A DNA stretch of 61,442 bases, counting the filler. It is 5 parts of 5 records of this genome, joined end to end, with 100 filler letters (N's around TTAATTAATTAA, not from the genome) between each part and the next. Parts side by side here need not be neighbours in the genome. Positions count along the whole stretch, not along the records: positions 11,631 to 35,060 come from SRR20825006_1504; positions 35,161 to 50,474 come from SRR20825006_1505; 3 more parts are not named here. One strand, written 5' to 3'. A program made the translations under genes and the position numbers. The first letter of the stretch is position 1, and each line of letters begins with the position of its first letter. The notes beneath the pieces are model-generated. The model did no database searches, was not told the DNA's origin, and saw only the letters and a program-made list of their open reading frames with translations. Of the stretch, positions 27,595 to 37,714 are shown one piece after another.

Positions 27595-29502
27595 ATGAGA
27601 CGAGTACGAGTGCTGGATAACCAGGGGCAAGAGTACTTTTACCCGATCGAGCGACCGGTCGGAGAGATCACGATCGGTCGCAGCAAGAACAACGACATCG
27701 TGCTCGGGAGCAAGACGGTTTCGCGCCGTCACGCGATCCTGAAGGTGATGAACGATCGGGTCGTGCTGGTCAACCAATCGCCAAACGGCGTGTATGTCGG
27801 AAACGAGCGCGTCGAGGAATCGCGCGAGCTCTACCCTGGTGAGTTCGCCACGATCGACATCTACCGCATCTGCGTGGAGTCCGATCGCGCCATGGGAGGG
27901 CCTCCTGGGCCTGGGCCAGGACCTGGTCCGCAGCAACAGCAGCAGCCCATGGGGTATGGCAACCCCGCCATGCAACAGCAGCAGCGTATGCCCGGGCCAA
28001 ACCCGGGCATGCCGCCGCAGCAACAGCATCAGCAGCGCATGCCTCAACCGCAGCAGGCGCCTCAGCCACAACAGCAGCCCAGGGCGCCTCGCCCGAGCGC
28101 GCCGCGTCCCAGCGGCAAGAAGAACGATCAGGCCTCCTTTGATCGCTTCATGGAAGAGATGCTCGGGCACATGGACAAGGAGGAGCCGCGCACCAACCTC
28201 AACGGTGACGAGGTGCAGCGCCTCGATCGTCAAGCGCAGCGGCGCATGGTCGATTACAAGTCGCGCATTCACGAGATGCTCAAGGAGCGCCTCGACTTGC
28301 ACTCCTTCGAGATCTCGGATTACCGCAACCCGAAGGTGATCCGTCAGGTGTCGACAAAGCTCAAGGAGGTCTTGACGGCCACCCTGAACGAGATCCCACC
28401 CCCGTATACAAAAGATGACGCCTTCAAGCAGATGATGGATGAGGTCTGCGGCCTCGGTCCGATCGAGGATCTGATCCAGCACAAGAAGGTGACCGAGATC
28501 ATGGTCGTCGACAGGGATCATATCTACGCCGAGCTCGACGGCGAGCTGGTGTTGACGGACCGTTACTTTAGCGGCGAGAAGTCGATGATGACGGTCATCG
28601 AGCGTATCGTCGTCCCGCGCGGTCGTCGCATCGACGAGTCGTCGCCGCTGGTGGATACGCGTCTGGCGGATGGTTCTCGCGTGAACGCGGTGATTCGACC
28701 GCTGGCGCTCAAGGACCCATGCCTGACGATTCGTAAGTTCCCCGAGGATCGCCTGACGGCAAAAGATCTGGTGCGCTTTGGCAGCTTCACGCAAGACATG
28801 GCCAAGTTCATCGGTCGCGCCGTGCGTGCGCGCAAGAATATCATCATCTCCGGCGGCACCGGCTCCGGGAAGACGACCTTGCTCAACGTGATGTCGAGCT
28901 TTATCGGCCCGACGGAGCGCGTGGTGACGATCGAGGACGCGGCCGAGCTCCAGCTTCAGCAGGAGCACGTGGTGAGCCTCGAGACCAAGCCCCCGAACAT
29001 GGAGGGCAAGGGCGAGATCTCGATCCGCGACCTGGTCAAGAACGCGCTGCGCATGCGCCCGGATCGTATCGTCGTCGGCGAGTGTCGTGGCGGCGAGGCG
29101 CTCGACATGTTGCAGGCGATGAACACGGGCCACGATGGCTCGATGACGACGGTGCACTCCAACAGCCCGGTCGAGGCGATCGCGCGTCTGGAGACGCTGG
29201 TGTTGATGAGCGGTATGGAGTTGCCGACGCGCGCGATTCGCGAGCAGATCGCCAACTCCGTGGACGTGATCGTGCAGCAGTCGCGCTTTAGCGATGGCTC
29301 TCGCCGGGTCTCCTACATCTCCGAGGTCGTCGGGATCGACGATGACGGTTTCGTGCAGATCGAGGACATCTATCGCTACAAGGCGATCGGGATGGACGAG
29401 AACAACAAGGTCCAGGGCTACCACATGGCGACAGGGTATTTGCCCTCTTTCCTGAACGACTTCATCGTCTTGGGGCTCGCGAGCCCGGATGATTTCTTCT
29501 GA
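27595..29502 (+). CDS. cpaF: Tad ATPase CpaF/TadA with N-terminal FHA domain and P/Q-rich linker
   Basis: FHA motifs IGR, VSRRHA and [43 protein letters not shown]. Confidence 0.95.
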   Translation: MRRVRVLDNQGQEYFYPIERPVGEITIGRSKNNDIVLGSKTVSRRHAILKVMNDRVVLVNQSPNGVYVGNERVEESRELYPGEFATIDIYRICVESDRAMGGPPGPGPGPGPQQQQQPMGYGNPAMQQQQRMPGPNPGMPPQQQHQQRMPQPQQAPQPQQQPRAPRPSAPRPSGKKNDQASFDRFMEEMLGHMDKEEPRTNLNGDEVQRLDRQAQRRMVDYKSRIHEMLKERLDLHSFEISDYRNPKVIRQVSTKLKEVLTATLNEIPPPYTKDDAFKQMMDEVCGLGPIEDLIQHKKVTEIMVVDRDHIYAELDGELVLTDRYFSGEKSMMTVIERIVVPRGRRIDESSPLVDTRLADGSRVNAVIRPLALKDPCLTIRKFPEDRLTAKDLVRFGSFTQDMAKFIGRAVRARKNIIISGGTGSGKTTLLNVMSSFIGPTERVVTIEDAAELQLQQEHVVSLETKPPNMEGKGEISIRDLVKNALRMRPDRIVVGECRGGEALDMLQAMNTGHDGSMTTVHSNSPVEAIARLETLVLMSGMELPTRAIREQIANSVDVIVQQSRFSDGSRRVSYISEVVGIDDDGFVQIEDIYRYKAIGMDENNKVQGYHMATGYLPSFLNDFIVLGLASPDDFF

Positions 29503-29681
29503 AAGGACAAGGGCTTCTGGGTTGCGAAAGCCCTTATCGGTAGCTACACTAGGCCCATGAGAGAGGGTCTCGCGCGAAGACCTTGTCGGTGTAGGGGGAG
29601 TTCCTCCAAAAACCCACAGGGCAAACAAGGGAGCGCAGGGCGCTCCGAGCGCATGATGCAAGCAAGAGAGGAGCGTGCAAG

Positions 29682-30542
29682 ATGTCGACGCCTTATCTGA
29701 TCGGGGCAACTGTGTTGCTCTTTCTGGCGTGCTTTCTGGCGGTATACGGCGGCGGTGACTGGGTCGCCGCGCGCCTGTCGCAGGAAGCCAGCGTCTACGA
29801 GAAGTTCATCGGAAAGAAGCTGCGCCGCCTCTTCCTGAGCATCACGCCTCAGGAATTTATCATCGGGCATATCATCTTCATCATCGTCGCCGTGGCGCTC
29901 GCGAGCTATGGGCTTGGCGGTGTGTTACTGGGGATTCCGCTCGGGCTCGGCGTGGGCGTGATCATCCCCTCGATCTGGCTCGATATGCAGTGGACCGCGC
30001 GCCTCAAGATGGTCGAGGAGCAAGTCGAGGAGGCGCTGGTCTATATGGCCAACAGCTTCAAGGCGAACCCCTCCTTGCCCGAGGCGTTCCAGGACGTGTG
30101 CAACTCGATGGGGCCACCGATCACGCAGGAGATCAGCGTGATGCTTCGCGAGTACAAGCTCGGTACGCCGCTCGATCAAGCGCTCATCAACCTCCAAAAG
30201 CGAGTCCCCGCGCGCAACCTCCAGCTGGCCGTGGCCGCGCTGCTCGTTGGCCGAACGGTCGGTGGCAACATCCCGAAGATTCTGGAAGATACCAGCACGA
30301 CGATTCGCGAGTCTTACCGCCTCGAGCGCGTCATCGATACGCAGACCGCGCAGGGCCGTATGCAGGCGTGGGTGATGGGTTCGGCGCCAGCGGCCATCTG
30401 CGTGGTGTTCTACTTCATGGACCCCACGCTCATCGAGCCGTTGTTCAACAACTTCATCGGGTACTGTATCCTGGCGGTCGCGGTCGCGTTCAACGTGGTG
30501 GGCGTCGTGCTCATCCTCAAGATCGTGGCGATCGACGTCTAG
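29682..30542 (+). CDS. tadB: Tad inner-membrane platform protein TadB
   Basis: T2SSF domain (LG.PLDQAL, GGNI, TAQGRMQ) and position after cpaF. Confidence 0.9.
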   Translation: MSTPYLIGATVLLFLACFLAVYGGGDWVAARLSQEASVYEKFIGKKLRRLFLSITPQEFIIGHIIFIIVAVALASYGLGGVLLGIPLGLGVGVIIPSIWLDMQWTARLKMVEEQVEEALVYMANSFKANPSLPEAFQDVCNSMGPPITQEISVMLREYKLGTPLDQALINLQKRVPARNLQLAVAALLVGRTVGGNIPKILEDTSTTIRESYRLERVIDTQTAQGRMQAWVMGSAPAAICVVFYFMDPTLIEPLFNNFIGYCILAVAVAFNVVGVVLILKIVAIDV

Positions 30543-30664
30543 AGCAGGCGATTGTTTCACCGTCTCTGACGCCTGTCAGAGGGGGTGGTAGTGTCAGAGA
30601 AGCGCGTCAAGTGAGCGGCTCGTTAGGAGCCGCCAAACGAACAAGGTGAGAGCAAGGATTCACC

Positions 30665-31615
30665 ATGCCAAACTTACCACCAGGCTCCACACAGATCATG
30701 TTTGTGGGGATCATCGTCCTCACCTTCCTGGCATTCTCGATGTTTGTCTGGGGCATCGTCCCCGACGAGGTGGATGAGGAAGACATCTACGGCTACCGCC
30801 TGACCAAGCGAAAGCGCCTGGTCGAGGAGAACGGCCTGTACGCGATGGTGTTGCCGCTCGTGAAGCTGTTCGCGCACCACTTCAGCAACCTCCCGGACAA
30901 CTTCCTGGGGATCGATGTCGCCGCCAAGCGCGAGAGCATCCGAGATCGTCTGATCCGCTCCGGCTACATGGGCGCGTTCACGCCAAACGAGTTCTGGGGG
31001 ATGTGTTGTGTGGCGGGGCTCGGCATCTTCGCTGTCTTCCTGTTCATGACCTGGCTCGCGCAAGGGTTCCCCAACGTGCCCGTGGCGCTCATCTTTGGCA
31101 CCGCCGGCGTCGTGCTCCCTTACCTGCAACTCGACACCGCCATCGGCGAACGCCTCGTCGAGATCGATCGCCGCCTCCCGTATGCGATCGACCTCCTCGT
31201 GTTGTCGATGCGCGCTGGTCTGGACTTCATGACGGCGCTCGATCGCGTGGTCACCAACGGCCTCGAGCAGAACCCTGATGACCCGATGGTCCAGGAACTC
31301 GGCGTGGTCCTCCAGGAGATGCGCGTCGGTACGGCGCGCGCCGATGCCCTGATCAACCTGTGCGAGCGCGTCAAGTCGGATTACCTCAAGTCGATGGTCG
31401 GTTCGATCCTCCAGTCGGAGAAGCGTGGTACGCCGCTGGCGAGCGTGCTCGAGGTTCAGATCGGTACGATCCGCAACAAACGAACTCAAAAAATCGAGAA
31501 GGCCGCCAGTGAGGCCGCCGTCAAAATCCTCGGTCCGTTGATGTTTATCTTCGCTGCCGTGCTCGTGATTGTGATTGGCTCGATGATCCTCAAGATCAAG
31601 ACAGATACACAATGA
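30665..31615 (+). CDS. tadC: Tad inner-membrane platform protein TadC
   Basis: LP.AIDLL..SMRAGL, GTAR.DAL, QSEKRGT.L and EKAA..A.VKI..PL motifs. Confidence 0.9.
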   Translation: MPNLPPGSTQIMFVGIIVLTFLAFSMFVWGIVPDEVDEEDIYGYRLTKRKRLVEENGLYAMVLPLVKLFAHHFSNLPDNFLGIDVAAKRESIRDRLIRSGYMGAFTPNEFWGMCCVAGLGIFAVFLFMTWLAQGFPNVPVALIFGTAGVVLPYLQLDTAIGERLVEIDRRLPYAIDLLVLSMRAGLDFMTALDRVVTNGLEQNPDDPMVQELGVVLQEMRVGTARADALINLCERVKSDYLKSMVGSILQSEKRGTPLASVLEVQIGTIRNKRTQKIEKAASEAAVKILGPLMFIFAAVLVIVIGSMILKIKTDTQ

Positions 31616-31727
31616 CGCCGTAAGGCGCTTGGATGATATGGCACCACGAGCGTTGTTTTATCTCTCGTCATTCGTAGGATGAGGAGAGAGCAACCTCGTA
31701 TCAGCCACCACTACCCGGGACAAAGAG

Positions 31728-32951
31728 ATGCCTTCATTTTGGTTCGAGACCAACCTTAACGGGAGTCCCCAGAACGTTCAGTTCAATCGCGCCCCGATCG
31801 TGATCGGGCGGGGACAGGGGGTGGACTTCCTCATCGAACACCCCACCGTTTCGCGACAGCACGGTCAGATCGTTCACGACCCCGCGCGCGGTTACAGGCT
31901 CGTCGTGATGTCTCGCGGCGGCATGACCGCCGTGGACGGTGCTCAGGTGGTCGGCGAGGTGCCGCTCTACAACGGCTCGCAGATTCACTTCGGACAGTGC
32001 GCGGTTGTCTTTCGCGCCAACGACGCCCCACAGAAACCTGGCGCGGGCGGTTTTGGCGCCGGGCAATCCGGCAACTTCGGCGCCCACCAGTCCGGTAACT
32101 TTGGCGCGCAACAGTCTGGCAACTTCGGCGCGGCTCCCTCCCAGGGAGGAGGGTTCCAGGCAAATTCGCCATCGCCATCGCCGTCCCCCTCGCCCGCTGG
32201 CCTCGGCGCGATGAACCTCGAGGATATCGGCAAGGGCAACGAGGACAGCAAACCTGCCAACGTGTGGGAAGAGATCGCCGCCAGCGCCGAGGCGATGGAC
32301 GAGGACTCCGCTGACTCCGGCGGCTGGACCGATGACGCCCCTTCAGACAACGACTACTACGCGCGGATGCAGGCAGCCAGCGCGCGCGGTGACGAGAAAG
32401 CCAAGGGGCTCAACCCGATCCTCATGATCGCGGTCGTGCTTGTCGCCGCCGCCATGGTTTACGTCTTCTTCTTCATGGGCGCAGGAGCCTCTGGACCCGC
32501 AGAGGTCAAGGTCGCCATGGAGGATAAACCCCCCGTCGAGCTCGATAACGTCAGCTGCCTTGGCGAGGAAGATTGTGTCACACAAGCCAAGCAGCGCTTC
32601 GCCGTCGGCAAGCAGCTCCTCGAGAAGAAGGACGTGCACGTCTCCAACCTGTTCGAGGGCTACAAGAAGATGCTCGAGGTCAAGGCGCTGATCGAGCAGG
32701 GCAAGGCCAAGACCCCCGCAGGGCTCGAAGAGGCGGACACCTTCATCGAAGAGTCGCGCTCCGAACTCGACAGGATCTTCCGCGAGCAACGCCTGCTCTT
32801 TAACCGTTATGGCAAGCGCCAGATGCACAAGCAGCAGCTCCAGGCGCTCGACACCATCAACAGTTACTTCCCGGACAAGACCACGCCCGAGTACCAGTGG
32901 GCATACGAGAAGGAAGTCGAGCTGCGCAAGAAAGGGATCAGCCGCCGCTGA
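31728..32951 (+). CDS. FHA-domain bitopic membrane protein
   Basis: N-terminal FHA (IGRG, HPTVSRQH), low-complexity linker, one TM helix, helical periplasmic domain. Confidence 0.85.
   Translation: MPSFWFETNLNGSPQNVQFNRAPIVIGRGQGVDFLIEHPTVSRQHGQIVHDPARGYRLVVMSRGGMTAVDGAQVVGEVPLYNGSQIHFGQCAVVFRANDAPQKPGAGGFGAGQSGNFGAHQSGNFGAQQSGNFGAAPSQGGGFQANSPSPSPSPSPAGLGAMNLEDIGKGNEDSKPANVWEEIAASAEAMDEDSADSGGWTDDAPSDNDYYARMQAASARGDEKAKGLNPILMIAVVLVAAAMVYVFFFMGAGASGPAEVKVAMEDKPPVELDNVSCLGEEDCVTQAKQRFAVGKQLLEKKDVHVSNLFEGYKKMLEVKALIEQGKAKTPAGLEEADTFIEESRSELDRIFREQRLLFNRYGKRQMHKQQLQALDTINSYFPDKTTPEYQWAYEKEVELRKKGISRR
32052..32132 (+). repeat. 24-nt coding tandem repeat (FGAxQSGN, about 3.5 copies)
   Basis: FGAGQSGN FGAHQSGN FGAQQSGN FGA. 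Confidence 0.9.
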
Positions 32952-32994
32952 GTGGTTTCCTCTAGCCTTCTTATCCGACGGATCTGTTTCAATC

Positions 32995-34257
32995 ATGATC
33001 GCATCAGCAGATAAGCGCGCGCCCTACACAGTTAAGGCGCGCGCTCTCATTTTGACGCTTCTCTTCCTCTCATCGCTCCCCCTTTCAGGGTGCGCGCTCT
33101 CGACGACCGATCGCGCCGATGAAGCCTACAAGCGTGGCGAGTACAACCGCGCGATCGAACTCTACGAGGAGGCGATCGGCGATGGCAGCCGCGACCCGGA
33201 GGTCTTCTACCGCGCCGCGCAGGCGTCGCTAAAGGTTGGCGACCTCGCTGGCGCCGAGCGCTACTACAGCCGCGCGATCCGCTACGGCGGCGGCGTGCCC
33301 GTGATGCGCGCGCTGGCGCAGCTCTACATCCAGACGAGCAACTACACGCGCGCCGCGCAGGTGCTCTACGAGCTGCTCAACTACGATCCCGAGCAGCAAC
33401 CGATCTACAACAACCTCGGCACCTCGTTGATGTACGCCGGGAGCCCATTCGCCGCAGAGAGCTACCTGCTCGTCGCGCAGCAGATGGACCCGAAAGATCC
33501 TGTCCCCTACGTCAACCTCGGGCTCCTCTACGATCGCCACATGAACCAAGCAGAGCTCGGCGCCGAGTTCTACCAGTGTTACCTCTCCTTGAGCTCCCCC
33601 AAGGCTGAACAGCGTCAGCAAATCCTGATGAGGCTCAAAGAGATCGGGCAACCCTCCTCGGCGCAGGGGACCGGCAGGTTGGTCGTTTGTGGCGAAGTGT
33701 ATGCTCCCAAGCGTCGCGCCGGTCCATCGCCTGGCGAGCTTCGAAAGGCGCTGGGGATCGAGGAAGATGAGGTCGCCTCCAGGGAGAAAGAGATCGAGCT
33801 CGGTGGGAAGGAGGACCCGGAATCCACCACAGGAGAGGTCATCGTTCAATCGAGCGGCGGCAAGGCGCCCGAGCCTTCAAAGACCACCCCCACGGTGGTC
33901 ACGACCAAGGATGAGCCCACAGATCCTGATCAGGCCGCGCGCGATCTGGCGCGGGAGAATTACGCCAAGGGCGATTATGCTGCCGCAGGCAGAGCGCTCG
34001 AGACGATCCCCTCCGATCGCATGAGCGCCGAGGATGCTCGCCTCATGGCTCGTGTTCAGAAATCACTCGACCAGCCGCTCGATGCCGAGACTTGGTGGCG
34101 GCTCTCGCTCGAGCGAGAGCCGAACAGCGTCGCGCTCGCAGAGTTGCTCAAGTTGATGCGCGAGCAAAAACGGACCGCGGACGCCGCGGCGTTGTGTCAG
34201 ATGTACAAGGGGCATCCTGAGCTCAAGGCTGTCGCACACTATTGCCCGACGAAGTAG
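32995..34257 (+). CDS. TPR lipoprotein (TadD/pilotin-like)
   Basis: Lipobox LSGC, multiple TPRs (YNNLG, YVNLGLLY); start moved to ATG 32995. Confidence 0.8.
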   Translation: MIASADKRAPYTVKARALILTLLFLSSLPLSGCALSTTDRADEAYKRGEYNRAIELYEEAIGDGSRDPEVFYRAAQASLKVGDLAGAERYYSRAIRYGGGVPVMRALAQLYIQTSNYTRAAQVLYELLNYDPEQQPIYNNLGTSLMYAGSPFAAESYLLVAQQMDPKDPVPYVNLGLLYDRHMNQAELGAEFYQCYLSLSSPKAEQRQQILMRLKEIGQPSSAQGTGRLVVCGEVYAPKRRAGPSPGELRKALGIEEDEVASREKEIELGGKEDPESTTGEVIVQSSGGKAPEPSKTTPTVVTTKDEPTDPDQAARDLARENYAKGDYAAAGRALETIPSDRMSAEDARLMARVQKSLDQPLDAETWWRLSLEREPNSVALAELLKLMREQKRTADAAALCQMYKGHPELKAVAHYCPTK

Positions 34258-34321
34258 CTCTTTCGAGAGAGGGTTTAACCTCGAGCGTCCCGGCGCTCGC
34301 ATGCACAGAGGATGGATCACC

Positions 34322-34924
34322 ATGCTCGCCAAAGCTTGCACCACCTTGCGCCACCCCAGGGGCGCTTCTGCTGTCGAACTCATCATCGCGCTCATCCTGA
34401 GCGCGCTCGTTGTCATGGGGGTCGTGCGGTTGTTTGGCGCGACCATCGAAGAGAAGTTTCGCGATGGTGACGAGCGCATCTCCGGTATGGATCAGGAGCG
34501 AGAGGGTGGCAATGGCGGGAGCCAGGTCGTCGCTGCGCCCGATGCTCTCGAGGGCGATAACGCGGGCTCGGCCAAGGGCAATCGCGTGTCCATCAAGGAG
34601 AAGAAGGGCTTTGGCTTTGGCGATGATGGCGGCAAAAACGAACTCACCGAGGAGCAGCGCGCCGAACAACAGCGGCTCAAGAAGGCGCAGGAGAAGGGCT
34701 ACGCCGTCAAGCAGCGCAAGTCCGACTACGAGCGCCGCTTCGGAGGAGGCAAGGACGATGATCGCGTTCGCAAGGATGCGGACAGGCGCGCCGTGCGTCT
34801 GCCCGGTGATCGTCCCACCGTGGAGGCCCGCATCAACCCCTTTATCCTCTTGCTCCTCTTCCTGATCGCAGGCGCGCTCGTCTACTTTATCTTCAAGGGT
34901 CAGACCGTCGGCAACGACAGCTAG
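34322..34924 (+). CDS. Flp/TadE-type prepilin-like protein with an extra C-terminal TM helix
   Basis: Class III signal RG|ASAVE plus hydrophobic helix; charged middle; C-terminal FILLLLFLIAGALVYFIF. Confidence 0.75.
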   Translation: MLAKACTTLRHPRGASAVELIIALILSALVVMGVVRLFGATIEEKFRDGDERISGMDQEREGGNGGSQVVAAPDALEGDNAGSAKGNRVSIKEKKGFGFGDDGGKNELTEEQRAEQQRLKKAQEKGYAVKQRKSDYERRFGGGKDDDRVRKDADRRAVRLPGDRPTVEARINPFILLLLFLIAGALVYFIFKGQTVGNDS

Positions 34925-35060
34925 AGCGAGACTCTCGAGGTGTGCTCTTGCAACCCGCGGTGGCCAGACCCGTTTGGGGGCAGTTTTTTTGCCAGCGGTT
35001 TTCGGGAGGGTGTTGAAGATATCGTGCTGCGTGAGGGAGCTTCGAGACAAGGTTGGCGTT

Positions 35061-35160
35061 NNNNNNNNNNNNNNNNNNNNNNNNNNNNNNNNNNNNNNNN
35101 NNNNTTAATTAATTAANNNNNNNNNNNNNNNNNNNNNNNNNNNNNNNNNNNNNNNNNNNN
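35061..35160. other. artificial contig spacer
   Basis: N44-TTAATTAATTAA-N44. Confidence 0.99.
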
Positions 35161-36375
35161 ACCGGAGTGCACGTGGCCGATGGTCCAGTCAGTGTAGTGA
35201 GACAGCGAGTTCACCGCGCGGATCGACATCATCGGACCCTCAAAGGTCGACATGCCGTAGAAGCCCACTGAGATCACCATCATACGGATGACCGGGTCGG
35301 TGCGCAGCTTGTCCCATGCGCCAGACAGCGTCATCAGACCGTTGATCATTCCACCCCAGGACGGCATCCATAGCACGATGGAGAACACCATACCGAGGGT
35401 CGAAGCCCAATCCGGCAGAGCGGTGTAGTGCAGGTGGTGCGGGCCAGCCCAGATGTAAAGAAAGATCAAAGCCCAGAAGTGAATGATCGACAGTTTGTAG
35501 GAGAACACCGGACGCTCGGCCTGTTTCGGCACGAAGTAGTACATCATGCCGAGGAAACCTGCAGTGAGGAAGAAGCCCACAGCGTTGTGACCGTACCACC
35601 ACTGCGTCATCGCATCCTGAACGCCAGACATCACCATCACGGAGCGCGAGCCCAGGAAGGAGACCGGGATCACCAGATTGTTGACGATGTGGAGCATGGC
35701 AATGGTTACGATGAACGACAGGTAGAACCAGTTCGCCACATAGATGTGCTTTTCTTTACGCTTAAAGATCGTGCCCATGAAAGTGACGAGATAGGCGACC
35801 CATACGATGGTCAGCCATAGGTCGATGTACCATTCCGGTTCAGCGTATTCTTTGGATTGGGTCACACCCAAGACATAACCCGTCGCCGCCAGCACGATGA
35901 ACAAGTTATAGCCCCAGAACACGAACCACCCAAGGCCACCACCAAACAGGCGCGCCGCAGAGGTGCGTTGCACCACATAGAAAGACGACGCGATCAAGGC
36001 GTTGCCGCCAAAAGCGAAAATCACCGCAGAGGTGTGCAGCGGACGCAAGCGCCCAAAGTTGCCGTGACCTTGCAGGAACTCGAAGTTGAGGCTCGGAAAA
36101 GCGAGCTGGAAGGCAATAAACGTCCCCACCAGAAAGCCCACAACGCCCCAGCCGGCAGTTGCGATAACACCGTAGCGCACGACACCATCAAAGTAGCCCT
36201 CGGGCTGTGCTTTGACGTCGCCTGTCGTCCGCAGAGTGTAGATGAAAGTAATGGCCGCCGCGGCCATGAAAATAAGCGCATGGATTTGATAGCCAAAATC
36301 GCGCCCGTAGTTTGCGGCAAGGCCGAATAGGACCACGGCGATCCCCAGCACTGCCAACTTAATGTAGTTCCACAT
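35161..36375 (-). CDS. ccoN: cbb3-type cytochrome c oxidase subunit I, 3'-truncated
   Basis: [26 protein letters not shown] and WTIGHVH motifs. Confidence 0.97.
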
Positions 36376-36479
36376 GTTGCGTCCCTTCGTTCTGATGCCC
36401 ATTTATGTTAGGCATGTCGCCCCGTGTTTGGCACAGGTCTCGACAGTTTGCGGTTTGAACGACATCCGGGCGACCCTCC

Positions 36480-36493
36480 TTGATCTGAGTCAA
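36480..36493. promoter_or_regulatory. FNR/FnrL box for ccoN
   Basis: TTGAT-CTGA-GTCAA. Confidence 0.8.
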
Positions 36494-36671
36494 AGCATCG
36501 CGAGAAAGGGATTTCTCGCCCAAATTTCGTGTAATGTCCGCATGCATTCCTCAATGGGTTAAATACCACAGAAACAGCCCCGTGTGCGCCCTTAGTGTGC
36601 GCACCCTTATTCCTTTTACATAGTTAAATTTAAATGAACCCCCGCGCAAATCGCCGCGCCCCTCAAATTTG

Positions 36672-36685
36672 TTGATCTCAATCAA
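36672..36685. promoter_or_regulatory. FNR/FnrL box for the universal stress protein gene
   Basis: Perfect TTGAT-CTCA-ATCAA. Confidence 0.85.
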
Positions 36686-36751
36686 AGCCATTTCGAGCAC
36701 ATGCGCGCATTGTATAGGTCGAAATGTCGCAATTCCCGAATGGAGGTCGCC

Positions 36752-37591
36752 ATGCCTTTTAAAACCATCACAACCATTATTTGTAATATGGACGCGGATC
36801 GCCATGCCCTTGAGGCCGCAACCGCTCTTGCTCGGCGCGAAGAAGGGCATCTTGACGTGATTTGTCTGGGTCTCGACCGCACACAGCCCGGCTTCTACTA
36901 TGCCGGCACCAATGCGATGGCCTTGCAAGACAACCTGCAACAGGCCCAAACCGAGAGTCGCGAAATTGAGTCTCAGGTCACGGAATTCTTGAGAGTTCAG
37001 GAAATTTCGTGGGTGACCAACCCCTTAACCGCGCAGATGGCCGGTCTGACGCCCCAACTCGCACATTTCCTGCGCTTCTCTGATGTCGTCGTCCTGCCCC
37101 GCCCTTACGGTCCGGGCCGCAGCCACGAGCACGAAGAAATCTTGGAAGCCGCGTTGTTCTCCGGTCATGTTCCGGTTCTCGTTGTGCCCGACACCGCCGA
37201 TGTGCCGCAAAACATCGAACGTGTCGTCGTCGCATGGAATGAAAGCGCCGAAGCCTTGGGCGCTGTGCGTTCCGCTCTGCCGATTCTGCAAAAAGCCGAT
37301 GTTGTGGACATCACCATCATCGACCCGCCGCAGCATGGCCCCGATCGCTCTGATCCGGGTGGCTCGTTGTGCCAAATGTTGGTGCGTCACGGTGTGCGCG
37401 CCGAAGTGTCGGTTCTGGCCAAAACCATGCCGCGCGTCTCCGATGTGCTCTGCCGTCAGCTGCGCGACAAGGACGCCGATCTCTTGGTGATGGGGGCCTA
37501 TGGTCATTCCCGCTTCCGCGAATCGATCCTTGGCGGTGCAACCCGCCACATGTTGGAATTGGCGGATATTCCGGTGCTGATGTCGCACTGA
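36752..37591 (+). CDS. universal stress protein (tandem USP)
   Basis: GGAGG RBS; VAWN.S.EA and LLVMGAYGHSR.RE.ILGGAT motifs. Confidence 0.92.
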   Translation: MPFKTITTIICNMDADRHALEAATALARREEGHLDVICLGLDRTQPGFYYAGTNAMALQDNLQQAQTESREIESQVTEFLRVQEISWVTNPLTAQMAGLTPQLAHFLRFSDVVVLPRPYGPGRSHEHEEILEAALFSGHVPVLVVPDTADVPQNIERVVVAWNESAEALGAVRSALPILQKADVVDITIIDPPQHGPDRSDPGGSLCQMLVRHGVRAEVSVLAKTMPRVSDVLCRQLRDKDADLLVMGAYGHSRFRESILGGATRHMLELADIPVLMSH

Positions 37592-37633
37592 GTTGATGTC
37601 ACACTGACGCTCAACACCACGAACATACCGCAA

Positions 37634-37671
37634 TCCGGCCCGCAGACAGGACGATCTACGGGCCGGAAAAC
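37634..37671. terminator. hairpin between convergent usp and fnrL
   Basis: tccggcccg...cgggccgga followed by aaa. Confidence 0.6.
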
Positions 37672-37714
37672 ATTTATGAATTTGACTTGATCAAGGCCTA
37701 AAGCAAGCCTGGCC

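Noticed and set aside
29615-29660. CACAGGGCAAAC resembling the start of a c-di-GMP-I riboswitch before tadB
   Set aside because: No GNRA tetraloop, no GCAAA junction and no tetraloop-receptor stem follow
26101-29709. 1202-aa minus-strand ORF, and similar long antisense ORFs at 17091-18065, 18301-19578 and 30674-31612
   Set aside because: Shadow frames of well-supported genes in high-GC DNA; no motifs or RBS
37682-37694. TTGAC-TTG-ATCAA FNR-like site
   Set aside because: Spacer is 3 nt rather than 4, and it lies between convergent gene ends
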